From sequence record OR621298: a DNA stretch of 64,000 bases, one strand, 5' to 3'. This DNA comes from Escherichia phage vB_EcoD-Elw. The first letter of the stretch is position 1. The number at the start of each line of letters is the position of its first letter. The notes under the pieces were generated by a model that was not told the origin of the DNA, did not search any database, and worked only from the letters and a program-made list of their open reading frames with translations. This document shows, piece by piece, positions 1-7,379 of the stretch. Made by a program: the position numbers and the translations under genes.

Positions 1-90
1 GTGCAAGTAAGGATCTTGAGGTATTATTACCTAAACGTTTGTCACTTACTACTAATCGAAATACTTTCATTTCGAAATCCTCTATTAAAG

Positions 91-168
91 TGGAAGCGGG
101 TGCAGGAATCGAACCTACCTCTTTCTAGCTTATGAGACTAGCGATCTCTACCAGAGATCTAACCCGCA
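91..168 (-). tRNA. tRNA-Met/fMet-like (anticodon CAT)
   Basis: Reverse-complement gives T-arm GTAGG-TTCGATT-CCTGC, acceptor ACCCGCT plus encoded CCA, anticodon loop CTCATAA; position 1:72 unpaired, as in initiator tRNA. Confidence 0.65.
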
Positions 169-174
169 ATTGTT

Positions 175-252
175 TGGTCTCCGTGGGAGGATTTGAACCC
201 CCGACCCTATCGCCCCAAACGAAACGCTCTGGCCAAACTGAGCTACACGGAG
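175..252 (-). tRNA. tRNA-Pro (anticodon TGG)
   Basis: T-arm GGGGG-TTCAAAT-CCTCC, 7-bp acceptor CTCCGTG/CACGGAG, encoded CCA, anticodon loop TTTGGGG. Confidence 0.65.
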
Positions 253-256
253 AATA

Positions 257-415
257 TTATTTCTTCAACCACAACAAAGATAAGCCCAGCATACTAAAGC
301 CGCTAACTAATCCGATACATTTTTCTTCTATAGTAAAAGTATCTAGATTAAATGCTGTTATAGCTATTGGCATACACCATAATGTCATAAAAACTTGAGC
401 TATCTTGTGTTTCAT
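257..415 (-). CDS. small hydrophobic protein (52 aa), hypothetical
   Basis: ATG at 415 preceded by GAAGGAAAG RBS; translates MKHKIAQVFMTLWCMPIAITAFNLDTFTIEEKCIGLVSGFSMLGLSLLWLKK; below the 60-aa cutoff of the ORF track. Confidence 0.45.
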   Translation of the reverse strand: MKHKIAQVFMTLWCMPIAITAFNLDTFTIEEKCIGLVSGFSMLGLSLLWLKK

Positions 416-447
416 TTTGCTTTCCTTCTCTTCACTTTATAAAATAT

Positions 448-476
448 ATTATACAGATAATATAGCAGAATAGCAA
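448..476 (-). promoter_or_regulatory. sigma70-type early promoter (TTGCTA-17-TATAAT)
   Basis: On minus strand: TTGCTA, 17-nt spacer, TATAAT; same motif recurs throughout the early region. Confidence 0.6.
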
Positions 477-787
477 ATGAATTTTTAATAAATTTACTTA
501 TTGTGTAGGCCACCTGGAGGCTACCAACCCCACGGCTGACAAAGAAGTTTGCGAGACCTCTCTTAAATGCCAGAATAGACCCGCCGATCTATCGGAACCT
601 ACATAATAAGTAAACTTTCGTTTACTTACGCCCCGTTAGAGGGACTTTAGCGACTAGAACCGGCCGGAAACTTCATCGCCTTGTTTATTCAGAAGTCCGT
701 TCTCTAGGGAGCAGAAATCTAAATTTGGTGGAGTTTGGGAGACTACGTGTTACTCCCTCTGTCCGAAGTAGGATAGTGCTTAACCGT

Positions 788-979
788 TTAGCTGAACCCC
801 TTTAAATATTTATACGTTTTATCTAACAACTCTTGTTTAGAGATTATACCATCACGATATTCAGTAATAAAATTATCTATGTTGGAGTCCTTTGATACAA
901 CGTTATCAGATAGCTCTGTGAATTTATTTGCTAAAAGATCTAATTCTTTGTAATTCACAAAACCTCCAGAATATGCCAT
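788..979 (-). CDS. hypothetical protein (63 aa)
   Basis: ORF only; no Shine-Dalgarno sequence, and the start codon lies inside the adjacent tRNA-like element. Confidence 0.3.
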   Translation of the reverse strand: MAYSGGFVNYKELDLLANKFTELSDNVVSKDSNIDNFITEYRDGIISKQELLDKTYKYLKGFS

Positions 980-1097
980 TCTAGACAGGACTCGAACCTG
1001 CTATCACTTGTGCGGACTTACGAGAACCATTCTTTCACTCGAATCGAACGAGCTTCTGCCCTAGCCAAGCTGGTTTCCCCATCAACCACGCTAGAAT
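978..1097 (-). ncRNA. anomalous tRNA-like element (two T-loop motifs, no encoded CCA)
   Basis: Two canonical T-arm motifs on minus strand (GCAGG-TTCGAGT-CCTGT and GCTCG-TTCGATT-CGAGT) 45 nt apart; only acceptor pairing found (ATTCTAG/CTAGAAT) spans about 120 nt. Confidence 0.3.
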
Positions 1098-1219
1098 GTT
1101 TGATTGTTTTCAGTGCAAGAGTCCGAGTCTTGGACACGACCGCTTCGCAAGTACATAGGCAGCTTATCATGAGTCAGCACTTCCGAATTGCTAGCTCCGT
1201 GTTCTGCACTGAGATTTTG

Positions 1220-1567
1220 TTAATTTAATAGTAAAGTACGATCTACTTCACCATTAATTGTTCGGCATTCCTCTGGAATTGCTGGTGTAGTCTTATATTC
1301 CCACCATTCAGAACCATCATATTCACCACGTTCTAACCAAGTTCCATCAGTAAACCATACGTTACCATAAAGCAATTGTCCACCGAAACCAGAATCATAT
1401 TTAAAGTCTAGATTATTTAGAAAATCTTCAATATCTTTTTCTGTATAACCTACGGGTAATACCCAAACTTCTTTGTCTCCATAATAACCGAATTCTATCT
1501 TAATACACTTAACTTCAGAATTAGTATTCTTTAGGGCAAGTAACAATTCTTCTTTAGCATTAATCAT
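1220..1567 (-). CDS. hypothetical protein (115 aa)
   Basis: ORF with ATG at 1567; no recognisable motif. Confidence 0.5.
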   Translation of the reverse strand: MINAKEELLLALKNTNSEVKCIKIEFGYYGDKEVWVLPVGYTEKDIEDFLNNLDFKYDSGFGGQLLYGNVWFTDGTWLERGEYDGSEWWEYKTTPAIPEECRTINGEVDRTLLLN

Positions 1568-1593
1568 AGCATATTTCTCATACTAAATTAATT

Positions 1594-1669
1594 TGGTACA
1601 CCCACTAGGACTTGAACCTAGAACCCTCCGCTTAAGAGGCGGTAGCTCTAACCATTGAGCTATGGGTGT
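1594..1669 (-). tRNA. tRNA-Lys (anticodon CTT)
   Basis: 76 nt; acceptor ACACCCA/TGGGTGT, D-arm GCTC..GAGC, anticodon loop CTCTTAA, T-arm CTAGG-TTCAAGT-CCTAG, encoded CCA. Confidence 0.7.
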
Positions 1670-1675
1670 ATTAAA

Positions 1676-1828
1676 TTACTTTTCCAGTTCATCAGCTATG
1701 GCTTTGATTTTTTCAAAGTTTACATCACTAATAATGATACCTTCCAGTGACAGAGATATTCTAGCATTTTTCATAGCAGATTCTTTTATCTGCTCTATTT
1801 CTTCTGGAGTAAACTCCCTACGTTCCAT
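1676..1828 (-). CDS. small hypothetical protein (50 aa)
   Basis: ATG at 1828 with AAGGTAGG RBS; MERREFTPEEIEQIKESAMKNARISLSLEGIIISDVNFEKIKAIADELEK; sits between tRNA-Lys and tRNA-Asp. Confidence 0.4.
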   Translation of the reverse strand: MERREFTPEEIEQIKESAMKNARISLSLEGIIISDVNFEKIKAIADELEK

Positions 1829-1845
1829 AGCTAACCTACCTTATT

Positions 1846-1922
1846 TGGCGCGACCGATGGGATTTGAACCCACATTCCCTCCCGTGACAGGAGAGTACCA
1901 TTACCAAGCCAGCCCCGGTCGC
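1846..1922 (-). tRNA. tRNA-Asp (anticodon GTC)
   Basis: Acceptor GCGACCG/CGGTCGC, anticodon loop CTGTCAC, T-loop TTCAAAT, encoded CCA. Confidence 0.7.
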
Positions 1923-1931
1923 ATAATTCAT

Positions 1932-2117
1932 TTACTCAGCTTTGAGCTTTTCAATAGCTGCATTAAGTTCTTTAAGAAACTCTTTTCGTACATTAAGACG
2001 ATTGAGACTTACTAGTATATCGTGTTTAAGTTCTTCGATGTATTTCTTTTCAACTTCAATATTGTTGATAGTGCTATCACGATGAACTTCTAGCTGCGCA
2101 ATTACATTCTTGGACAT
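1932..2117 (-). CDS. hypothetical coiled-coil protein (61 aa)
   Basis: ATG at 2117 with GAGGA RBS. Confidence 0.5.
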   Translation of the reverse strand: MSKNVIAQLEVHRDSTINNIEVEKKYIEELKHDILVSLNRLNVRKEFLKELNAAIEKLKAE

Positions 2118-2144
2118 GCTTGTTTCCTCAGTTATTAATGAAAA

Positions 2145-2217
2145 TGGTATCTGTGGCTGAATTCGATGTCAGCAATGATAGCTGGTTGGCTACCGGTTTA
2201 CTTAACTCTACACAGAA
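2145..2217 (-). tRNA. tRNA-like gene with non-canonical loops (anticodon unresolved)
   Basis: Encoded CCA, acceptor TTCTGTG/CACAGAT (6 bp), T-arm GCTGA-CATCGAAT-TCAGC with 8-nt loop; central stem GGTAG/CTATC with 8-nt loop; ends 2 nt from the next tRNA. Confidence 0.35.
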
Positions 2218-2219
2218 TT

Positions 2220-2297
2220 TGGCGGTTCCTGCTGGATTCGAACCAGCAAACCTCAACTTAACAAGATGCCGCTCTAACCAATTAGAGCTAAGGAACC
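2220..2297 (-). tRNA. tRNA-Asn (anticodon GTT), tentative
   Basis: Perfect acceptor GGTTCCT/AGGAACC, T-arm GCTGG-TTCGAAT-CCAGC, CCA, anticodon loop TTGTTAA; anticodon stem weak (3 of 5 pairs). Confidence 0.6.
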
Positions 2298-2792
2298 ATA
2301 TAAGTCAGAACTAGAGTTAATACGTTCTAGATATTTACTAAGATCCCTAGAATTTATACTAAACCACTCATGTTCTTTTAAATCTTTGAAATACTGGTGA
2401 ATTAGTTTTTCACCTTTTCGTTTGTCAAACCAAAACGACCAATGCTCTAATTTATAATCCCTATATGGGGAATAGGTCTGATATTGAGCTAATCTCTCTT
2501 TTGGATTTTGACTCATACCTATTTTATACTGATTTTTCCATGCAGGATTACTAATACAGTATACAAAACCTTCAGAAATAGGAAGTTTATTTTCCTGCTT
2601 AAACTTTATAAAGGAAAGTGCGGCAAGTTTTCTCGAATACATAGTATTCGTATTCTTTTTGGTATTACCATTAGTTCCTGAAAGATTTATATATTCTTCC
2701 ATAAATCTTTGGATTAGTTCTGCGGTTATACAGAAAGGCCCATTAGTAACAACGCCTTTCTTTACCAAACTATCAAAAACTTTTGTATGCAC
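2274..2792 (-). CDS. T5orf172 / GIY-YIG-like domain protein
   Basis: 172-aa ORF with GTG start and AAGGAAAG RBS; segment FVYCISNPAWKNQYKIGMSQNPKERLAQYQ resembles the T5orf172 (MUG113) domain; 3' end overlaps the tRNA at 2220-2297. Confidence 0.6.
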   Translation of the reverse strand: MHTKVFDSLVKKGVVTNGPFCITAELIQRFMEEYINLSGTNGNTKKNTNTMYSRKLAALSFIKFKQENKLPISEGFVYCISNPAWKNQYKIGMSQNPKERLAQYQTYSPYRDYKLEHWSFWFDKRKGEKLIHQYFKDLKEHEWFSINSRDLSKYLERINSSSDLYGSLALIG

Positions 2793-2813
2793 TACTTCTT
2801 TCCTTTAGTAAAT

Positions 2814-2889
2814 TGGACGACCGCATGAGATTTGAACTCACATAAAAAGGATTTGCAATCCTTCGCCTAAGCCCTTCAGCCAACGGTCG
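2814..2889 (-). tRNA. tRNA-Cys (anticodon GCA)
   Basis: Anticodon arm AAGGA-TTGCAAA-TCCTT (perfect), T-arm GTGAG-TTCAAAT-CTCAT, acceptor CGACCGT/GCGGTCG, CCA. Confidence 0.75.
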
Positions 2890-2958
2890 GTTTATCTTGT
2901 TCTGTCATGTTGCTTCTCCAGTTCAATTTATGTAATTATTATACAGAACTTTTGGAAA

Positions 2959-3231
2959 CTAAGCAACTACATTTTTTAAGAATTTGATGCCTTTCTTTTT
3001 CTTCTTATATTTCCACGTTAATGGATTCTGTCGATTATGAACGCTTGAGATCTTTGTCTCGTCAAAGTTCTTCAATATCATGTAATCACAGGATAATTGT
3101 TCTAGTAGAATGTGATCACCGTCAAAAGCGTATACATAAGGCTGTTGACTAACACGATAATGATAGACTTTGTTAATTCTACGTTTCAGCGACTTATCAG
3201 CGCAGTAAATAAAGAAGTTTTCAGGATGCAT
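2959..3231 (-). CDS. hypothetical protein (about 90 aa)
   Basis: In-frame ATG at 3231 preceded by AAGGAG; the longer ORF would start at TTG 3246. Confidence 0.5.
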   Translation of the reverse strand: MHPENFFIYCADKSLKRRINKVYHYRVSQQPYVYAFDGDHILLEQLSCDYMILKNFDETKISSVHNRQNPLTWKYKKKKKGIKFLKNVVA

Positions 3232-3248
3232 CAGCAGCTCCTTCAATT

Positions 3249-3323
3249 TGGTGCACCCTGTTCGTATCGAACGAACCTCTCAAGCTCTTCAGGCAAGCGC
3301 TAATCCATCTCAGCTAAAGGTGC
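3249..3323 (-). tRNA. tRNA-Phe (anticodon GAA)
   Basis: Acceptor GCACCTT/AGGGTGC, D-arm GCTG..TAGC, anticodon loop CTGAAGA, T-arm GTTCG-TTCGATA-CGAAC, CCA; anticodon stem has two U-U mismatches. Confidence 0.6.
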
Positions 3324-3329
3324 AAATTT

Positions 3330-3406
3330 TGGCAAACCTACTAGGACTCGAACCTAGACCGTACGGTTTTGGAGACCGACATGCTGTCCAGTAACACTCT
3401 AGGAAT
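3330..3406 (-). tRNA. tRNA-Trp (anticodon CCA), tentative
   Basis: T-arm CTAGG-TTCGAGT-CCTAG, CCA, anticodon loop CTCCAAA; acceptor stem has two U-U mismatches, so possibly degenerate. Confidence 0.5.
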
Positions 3407-3414
3407 GCAGAAAT

Positions 3415-3491
3415 TGGCGTCCTGTGCGGGGATCGAACCCGCAAATCCTACCTTGAAAGGGTAGTGACTTTACCAGTTTGTCTAACAGGAC
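3415..3491 (-). tRNA. tRNA-Glu (anticodon TTC)
   Basis: Acceptor GTCCTGT/ACAGGAC, anticodon arm CTACC-CTTTCAA-GGTAG (perfect), T-loop TTCGATC, CCA. Confidence 0.75.
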
Positions 3492-3498
3492 TTAAATT

Positions 3499-3589
3499 TG
3501 GTGTTGGATGATGGAGTCGAACCACCCGAGACCCTTCCGAGTCGGCAGATTTACAGTCTGCTTCGCTACCTCTACGATACTAATCCAAC
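3499..3589 (-). tRNA. tRNA-Tyr (anticodon GTA), long variable arm
   Basis: 91 nt; acceptor GTTGGAT/ATCCAAC, anticodon arm GCAGA-CTGTAAA-TCTGC, long variable arm, T-loop TTCGACT, CCA. Confidence 0.75.
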
Positions 3590-3654
3590 ATATTTAGAAG
3601 TATTCAAAAATTCTCATTTAAACACTTTTAAATATGCTTTCAAATTAGGTAACT

Positions 3655-3663
3655 ATTATACCA
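3655..3663 (-). promoter_or_regulatory. extended -10 promoter (TGGTATAAT) for the tRNA-Tyr/Glu/Trp/Phe cluster
   Basis: Minus-strand TGGTATAAT about 65 nt upstream of the tRNA-Tyr 5' end. Confidence 0.4.
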
Positions 3664-3672
3664 AGTTTTAAG

Positions 3673-3711
3673 GCACTGAGCAAGTCAAATTTTAAAGAAC
3701 TTGCTCAGTGC
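3673..3711. other. perfect 13-bp inverted repeat (stem-loop) downstream of the 3720-3995 gene
   Basis: GCACTGAGCAAGT..ACTTGCTCAGTGC with 13-nt loop; no U-run on either side, so likely a processing or stability hairpin rather than a terminator. Confidence 0.5.
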
Positions 3712-3719
3712 TATATTAG

Positions 3720-3995
3720 TTAGTCGAACTTAGGAGTGACAGTTAAGGAGAACGGAAGTTCGAAAACTTCTTCACCCTCATTACTAACGGTAACTACACG
3801 ACCTTTAAGTTCAGACATTAAAATATCAATATCAGCTTTTGCATCTGGAGCCATGCCAGCTTCAATACATTTAGCTTTAACCTCCGGTAGAAGATCTACG
3901 TTATAGAGATAGAGCCACTCAATCTCACCTTCCCAGTCTTCCCAGGATTTGCAGATTGCACTTTCAATACCAGTTGCTACAACACGATTTTGCAT
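3720..3995 (-). CDS. hypothetical protein (91 aa)
   Basis: ATG at 3995 with GAAGGAG RBS and an upstream TTGCCT-18-TATAAT promoter. Confidence 0.55.
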   Translation of the reverse strand: MQNRVVATGIESAICKSWEDWEGEIEWLYLYNVDLLPEVKAKCIEAGMAPDAKADIDILMSELKGRVVTVSNEGEEVFELPFSLTVTPKFD

Positions 3996-4025
3996 TCGTT
4001 AACTCCTTCATCAATTTATACAACT

Positions 4026-4055
4026 ATTATATCAGAAATTTAAAGCAAAAGGCAA
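4026..4055 (-). promoter_or_regulatory. sigma70-type early promoter
   Basis: Minus strand TTGCCT, 18-nt spacer, TATAAT. Confidence 0.55.
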
Positions 4056-4085
4056 GTACATTTTTAAAAATTCTGTTTGGAGGAG

Positions 4086-4292
4086 CTAAACTCCAGATTC
4101 TTCAGCTAAGTCTAGGCTAATAAGAGTTATAGCCATAATTGCTGCACCGTGTTCTTTTTCTCCGGTGTTTTTAGCAGAGTCTATAATAGTCTTAATCTGT
4201 TCGTAATAGCCTTTTACTTCTTGTTCAATACCTGCCTCGGCTATCATGCCTTTAGTCATGATTCGTTGCATAGTAATTTCACGGTTAGCCAT
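4086..4292 (-). CDS. hypothetical protein (68 aa)
   Basis: ATG at 4292 with GGAGA RBS; start overlaps the stop of the upstream small ORF. Confidence 0.5.
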   Translation of the reverse strand: MANREITMQRIMTKGMIAEAGIEQEVKGYYEQIKTIIDSAKNTGEKEHGAAIMAITLISLDLAEESGV

Positions 4293-4452
4293 GATGTTTC
4301 TCCAGCTTCATTTTTAATAGTTTACAAATGAAATCAACGTCTTCATCTGTACCTAGATCTCTATCTTCAAGAGTTGCCTTGAAGTTTTTAGTCAATTCCA
4401 TGAGGATAACTTCTCTAGAACGACGTGTTGGCGGAGGTGGATGTCTATACAT
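4285..4452 (-). CDS. small hypothetical protein (55 aa, proline-rich N-terminus)
   Basis: ATG at 4452 with AAGGAAA RBS; MYRHPPPPTRRSREVILMEL...; stop overlaps the next start. Confidence 0.4.
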   Translation of the reverse strand: MYRHPPPPTRRSREVILMELTKNFKATLEDRDLGTDEDVDFICKLLKMKLEKHHG

Positions 4453-4467
4453 CTTATTTCCTTAGTT

Positions 4468-4544
4468 TGGTAGGGGTGGTGGGATTCGAACCCACAAAAC
4501 CTGAATTTTAAGTCCAGTACCTATGCCAATTCGATTACACCCCC
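4468..4544 (-). tRNA. tRNA with anticodon TAA (Leu-type anticodon on a short-variable-arm body)
   Basis: Acceptor GGGGGTG/CACCCCT, anticodon arm CTGGA-CTTAAAA-TTCAG, T-arm GTGGG-TTCGAAT-CCCAC, CCA; no long variable arm; D-arm unclear. Confidence 0.55.
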
Positions 4545-4551
4545 GTGTAGT

Positions 4552-4740
4552 TTAGTCAATTACTTTTGAGGCTTCAAGGTAGTCGATATAGTGTATGTTT
4601 TCTACCGTAATCATATAATCTGCCACTTTATCCATAGCTTGGGCTTCAGAGGTAGCTCTGGCTAACCTATATCCTTTTTTATATTCATCCGGGTATTCTC
4701 TATCTTGGATAAACACAACATAAACTATATATAGATCCAT
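4552..4740 (-). CDS. hypothetical protein (62 aa)
   Basis: ATG at 4740 with AGAGG RBS. Confidence 0.5.
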   Translation of the reverse strand: MDLYIVYVVFIQDREYPDEYKKGYRLARATSEAQAMDKVADYMITVENIHYIDYLEASKVID

Positions 4741-4759
4741 TTGTGACCTCTATTTAATT

Positions 4760-4837
4760 TGGTGGCTCCCCGAGGATTCGAACCTACGTACCTTCCGGTT
4801 ATGAGCCGGGTGCTCATACCATATGAGCTTGAGAACC
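4760..4837 (-). tRNA. tRNA with anticodon CAT (elongator Met or Ile-lysidine type)
   Basis: Acceptor GGTTCTC/GGGAGCC (two G-U pairs), anticodon loop CTCATAA, T-loop TTCGAAT with weak T-stem, CCA. Confidence 0.55.
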
Positions 4838-4843
4838 AGAATT

Positions 4844-4932
4844 TGGCGGAAGAAGCGGGAATCGAACCCACAAGGCTATATTTCAAACCGACAGATTAGC
4901 AATCTGCTGCAATACCGTTATGCTATTCTTCC
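4844..4932 (-). tRNA. tRNA-Ser (anticodon GCT), long variable arm
   Basis: 89 nt; acceptor GGAAGAA/TTCTTCC, anticodon loop TTGCTAA, long variable arm, T-arm GTGGG-TTCGATT-CCCGC, CCA. Confidence 0.75.
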
Positions 4933-4947
4933 GAATTTATAAGATAT

Positions 4948-4976
4948 ATTATATTAGAAATTTAGCTTCATAGCAA
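4948..4976 (-). promoter_or_regulatory. sigma70-type early promoter (TTGCTA-17-TATAAT)
   Basis: Minus-strand consensus motif directly upstream of the tRNA-Ser/tRNA-CAT pair. Confidence 0.6.
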
Positions 4977-5472
4977 GAAAATTTTTCAAGTTTTCGGTAG
5001 ACATCTCATCCACATCTACGGGAGAAACAAAGCCGTTTAATTTTCTAGCAAATTTTTCACCCGCAGGATCATTATCTCCGACAGCTACCAATTTAAAAGG
5101 TAGTAATTTCAGTTGCTTTAATAACGCTTTTCCTGGAGAAGAACCCAACATTGCTAGGGCTGGATAACCAGCATTATGTAACGCAACTGCCTTAAATACA
5201 GATTCAGCAATCAATACTACTTTTTCATCTCCATTGAGAGTTTCTAGTCCCCATACACACTGGGTAGTAGAATAAGTAAAGTATTTAGCTTCAAAGGGGC
5301 ACTTACCATGACCTTTTGGAGCAGAAGGATTATAAGTTTGATAGCCCCTCAACATCCCAGAGAAGTCATACAACGGGACTGTTAGCCATCCTTCCGGACT
5401 TAACCAGCAATGATATTTATCTGTATCAAATCCTCTAGATAAGAGGTGCTGTGTTAGCTCATCAACATTCAT
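4954..5472 (-). CDS. TOPRIM-domain protein
   Basis: Start placed at the internal ATG 5472 (AAGAGGA RBS) because the longer ORF runs into its own promoter; conserved Glu (VVLIAESVF) and DxD (VAVGDNDPAG) TOPRIM motifs. Confidence 0.6.
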   Translation of the reverse strand: MNVDELTQHLLSRGFDTDKYHCWLSPEGWLTVPLYDFSGMLRGYQTYNPSAPKGHGKCPFEAKYFTYSTTQCVWGLETLNGDEKVVLIAESVFKAVALHNAGYPALAMLGSSPGKALLKQLKLLPFKLVAVGDNDPAGEKFARKLNGFVSPVDVDEMSTENLKNFLAMKLNF

Positions 5473-5502
5473 ATTTGGTTCCTCTTTCAAATTTATAGAT
5501 AT

Positions 5503-5531
5503 ATTATACAGAGAATTTAGCATTCAAGCAA
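5503..5531 (-). promoter_or_regulatory. sigma70-type early promoter (TTGCTT-17-TATAAT)
   Basis: Minus-strand consensus motif; start site about 25 nt upstream of ATG 5472. Confidence 0.6.
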
Positions 5532-5647
5532 TCAAATTTTTTAACTTTTTAGAGGAAAATCATAGGGCACTTAAGGATAGCAGATAAGTGGTGAGGACCA
5601 AAATTTGTGACCCCACTAAAAATTCAGGGGCAATTTTTAAAGACCCC

Positions 5648-5676
5648 TTGACATTTTCGCTGGGGTAGTGTAAAGT
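5648..5676 (+). promoter_or_regulatory. candidate promoter of the plus-strand island (TTGACA-17-TAAAGT)
   Basis: Perfect -35 TTGACA with 17-nt spacer and weaker -10 TAAAGT; short inverted repeats just upstream. Confidence 0.45.
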
Positions 5677-5737
5677 ATATGTTATGGATGAGTGATCAAA
5701 GAGACACACATTTTCTATATACTAGGAGGTGTCAAAA

Positions 5738-6721
5738 ATGACAGAAGAAGTAGCTAAGAGTCCTGAGACCGTCGCTAGCGTTGCAGCAGAACTGCACCGT
5801 CACGAGGAATCAGATAAGAAAAAGTGGGAGAAGGTCAGAGCCTACGAAGAAAAACATCGTGAACACGATGATGAAGAAGATGATGATGAACATTGTCATA
5901 AATATGGAAAACATAAAATGCAAGAACCAGTAAACGTATTTACTAGTGGCTTCCCTGGCCTACTGGGTGGTTACCCAGCAAACGCAGGTGCTTTCGGTGG
6001 TGAAGGTATGGGACTATTCGGAGCTATCCTAATCGGTGCTCTATTAACAGGCGGATTCGGTGGTTTCGGTGGATTCGGTGGACGTGGTGTAGTTGGTGAT
6101 GGTACCGCAGTTGATGCAGTACTTCAGAACCAAGATACCGCTAGTATTCTAGCAGCTATTAACACTACTCGTACAGAAGCTAACCAGGGTACTGGAGCTG
6201 TTTTAAGCGCAGTTAACAATGGGTTTAGCCAGACATCCCAAAACCAGAGCCGTGATACTCAGTCTGTACTAACTACGATCTATGGTACAGGTGCTAATCT
6301 GTCTAATCAGATCTGTCAGGAAACTCGCAACGTTATTCAGGGTCAGTTCGATCTTTCTCGCCAGATTGATCAATCTTTCGCAGCTAATCAGATAGCTCGT
6401 GCACAAGATAAGTTTGATTCTGCACAGATCGCTTTCCAGCAGACTTTACAAACTAATAACCAGTTTGCCGCTGTTCAGGCTCAGATGTGTGCTAACCAGA
6501 ACTCTCTGGAACGTCAGATCGCTGAATGTTGCTGTGAACTTCAGACTGCGATCGCTGGTGTAACTACTGCGCGTATTCAGGATGAGTTAGATGCATGTCG
6601 CCTACGTGAAGCAATCGCTGCGGGTAACGGTGCTAACGGTCAGGTAATTAATCAAATCGCTGTAAGTCTTGGTGCTATCACTCAGACTCTGGCTGGTCTG
6701 CAGGCTAAACTGCCGGCTTAA
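5738..6721 (+). CDS. glycine-zipper protein with His/acidic N-terminus and Gln/Asn-rich C-terminal half (327 aa), function unknown
   Basis: ATG 5738 with AGGAGG 8 nt upstream (track start 5729 is GTG); hydrophobic GxxxG-repeat segment GLFGAILIGALLTGGFGGFGGFGG; CCC motif; GGT/CGT/CTG-biased codon usage unlike neighbours. Confidence 0.7.
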   Translation: MTEEVAKSPETVASVAAELHRHEESDKKKWEKVRAYEEKHREHDDEEDDDEHCHKYGKHKMQEPVNVFTSGFPGLLGGYPANAGAFGGEGMGLFGAILIGALLTGGFGGFGGFGGRGVVGDGTAVDAVLQNQDTASILAAINTTRTEANQGTGAVLSAVNNGFSQTSQNQSRDTQSVLTTIYGTGANLSNQICQETRNVIQGQFDLSRQIDQSFAANQIARAQDKFDSAQIAFQQTLQTNNQFAAVQAQMCANQNSLERQIAECCCELQTAIAGVTTARIQDELDACRLREAIAAGNGANGQVINQIAVSLGAITQTLAGLQAKLPA

Positions 6722-6742
6722 TATTAAGGGGAGGAGCCCATT

Positions 6743-7159
6743 ATGAGTAAATATGGTTTTGTAAATAACGGACTTAATCAAAGTATGGGCTCCCAGCAGC
6801 CCATTCCGGGTCTGGATAACCCCTACTTACAACAATTGCAACAGCGTTTAGCAGAAGCGCAACAGATGCAGCAACAACTCCAGCAAAACCCTGGAAGTGT
6901 GAGTCCTATGCAAATGATGCAGCAAATGAGCGGGCAGTCGCAAATGCCTCAACAAATGCAGCAACAGGTGCCGCAGCAGCAAGCTCAGCAGCAAACCCAA
7001 CAACCGCAGGTTTCTGCGGAAGGACAGGCAGTACTAGCCCTTTTCGAAGACTTCGCAAAGACAGAGGATGGTAAGCAGCTTGTATCACTTATGGGTAAGT
7101 TTAATAGCTTCTGCCAAAGCCAGGTTGCAAAAGCTCAAAATAGTGGTAATAACTCCTAA
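6743..7159 (+). CDS. Gln-rich low-complexity protein (138 aa), function unknown
   Basis: ATG 6743 with AAGGGGAGGAG RBS; long QQ/MQ runs, ordered C-terminal 50 aa. Confidence 0.7.
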   Translation: MSKYGFVNNGLNQSMGSQQPIPGLDNPYLQQLQQRLAEAQQMQQQLQQNPGSVSPMQMMQQMSGQSQMPQQMQQQVPQQQAQQQTQQPQVSAEGQAVLALFEDFAKTEDGKQLVSLMGKFNSFCQSQVAKAQNSGNNS

Positions 7160-7168
7160 GGAGGAATT

Positions 7169-7363
7169 ATGTGTTGCAGAAAATCTGTTTCGTGCTGCCC
7201 AATGCCTGTAGCACGTTGTTGCTCTCCAGCAATGTTTACGCAAATACCGGCGTTCAATCCGTTTGCCTTTAAGCCTACTCTTATCCTGCCCCCTAGAGTA
7301 GATTTTCAGTCAAGATTGGCCTCCCGTATGGGTGGTTGCTGTAATAAGAGTATATGGTTCTGA
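7169..7363 (+). CDS. Cys-rich small protein (64 aa, four CC dipeptides), function unknown
   Basis: ATG 7169 with AAGGAGG RBS; MCCRKSVSCCPMPVARCCSP...GGCCNKSIWF; followed immediately by an intrinsic terminator. Confidence 0.6.
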   Translation: MCCRKSVSCCPMPVARCCSPAMFTQIPAFNPFAFKPTLILPPRVDFQSRLASRMGGCCNKSIWF

Positions 7364-7379
7364 AGAACCAAACAATAAA

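Noticed and set aside
132-398. Plus-strand 88-aa ORF from the six-frame track
   Set aside because: It runs straight through two minus-strand tRNA genes (91-168, 175-252) and the small minus-strand ORF with a good RBS; it has no RBS of its own.
1010-1228. Plus-strand 72-aa ORF
   Set aside because: Lies over the tRNA-like element and intergenic sequence on the opposite strand from all local promoters; no RBS.
1662-2015. Plus-strand 117-aa ORF
   Set aside because: Overlaps tRNA-Lys, tRNA-Asp and two minus-strand ORFs that have RBSs; antisense artefact.
6830-7010. Repetitive CAG/CAA-rich DNA considered as a possible CRISPR or satellite array
   Set aside because: No direct repeats with unique spacers; the periodicity is codon-level low complexity inside the Gln-rich ORF.
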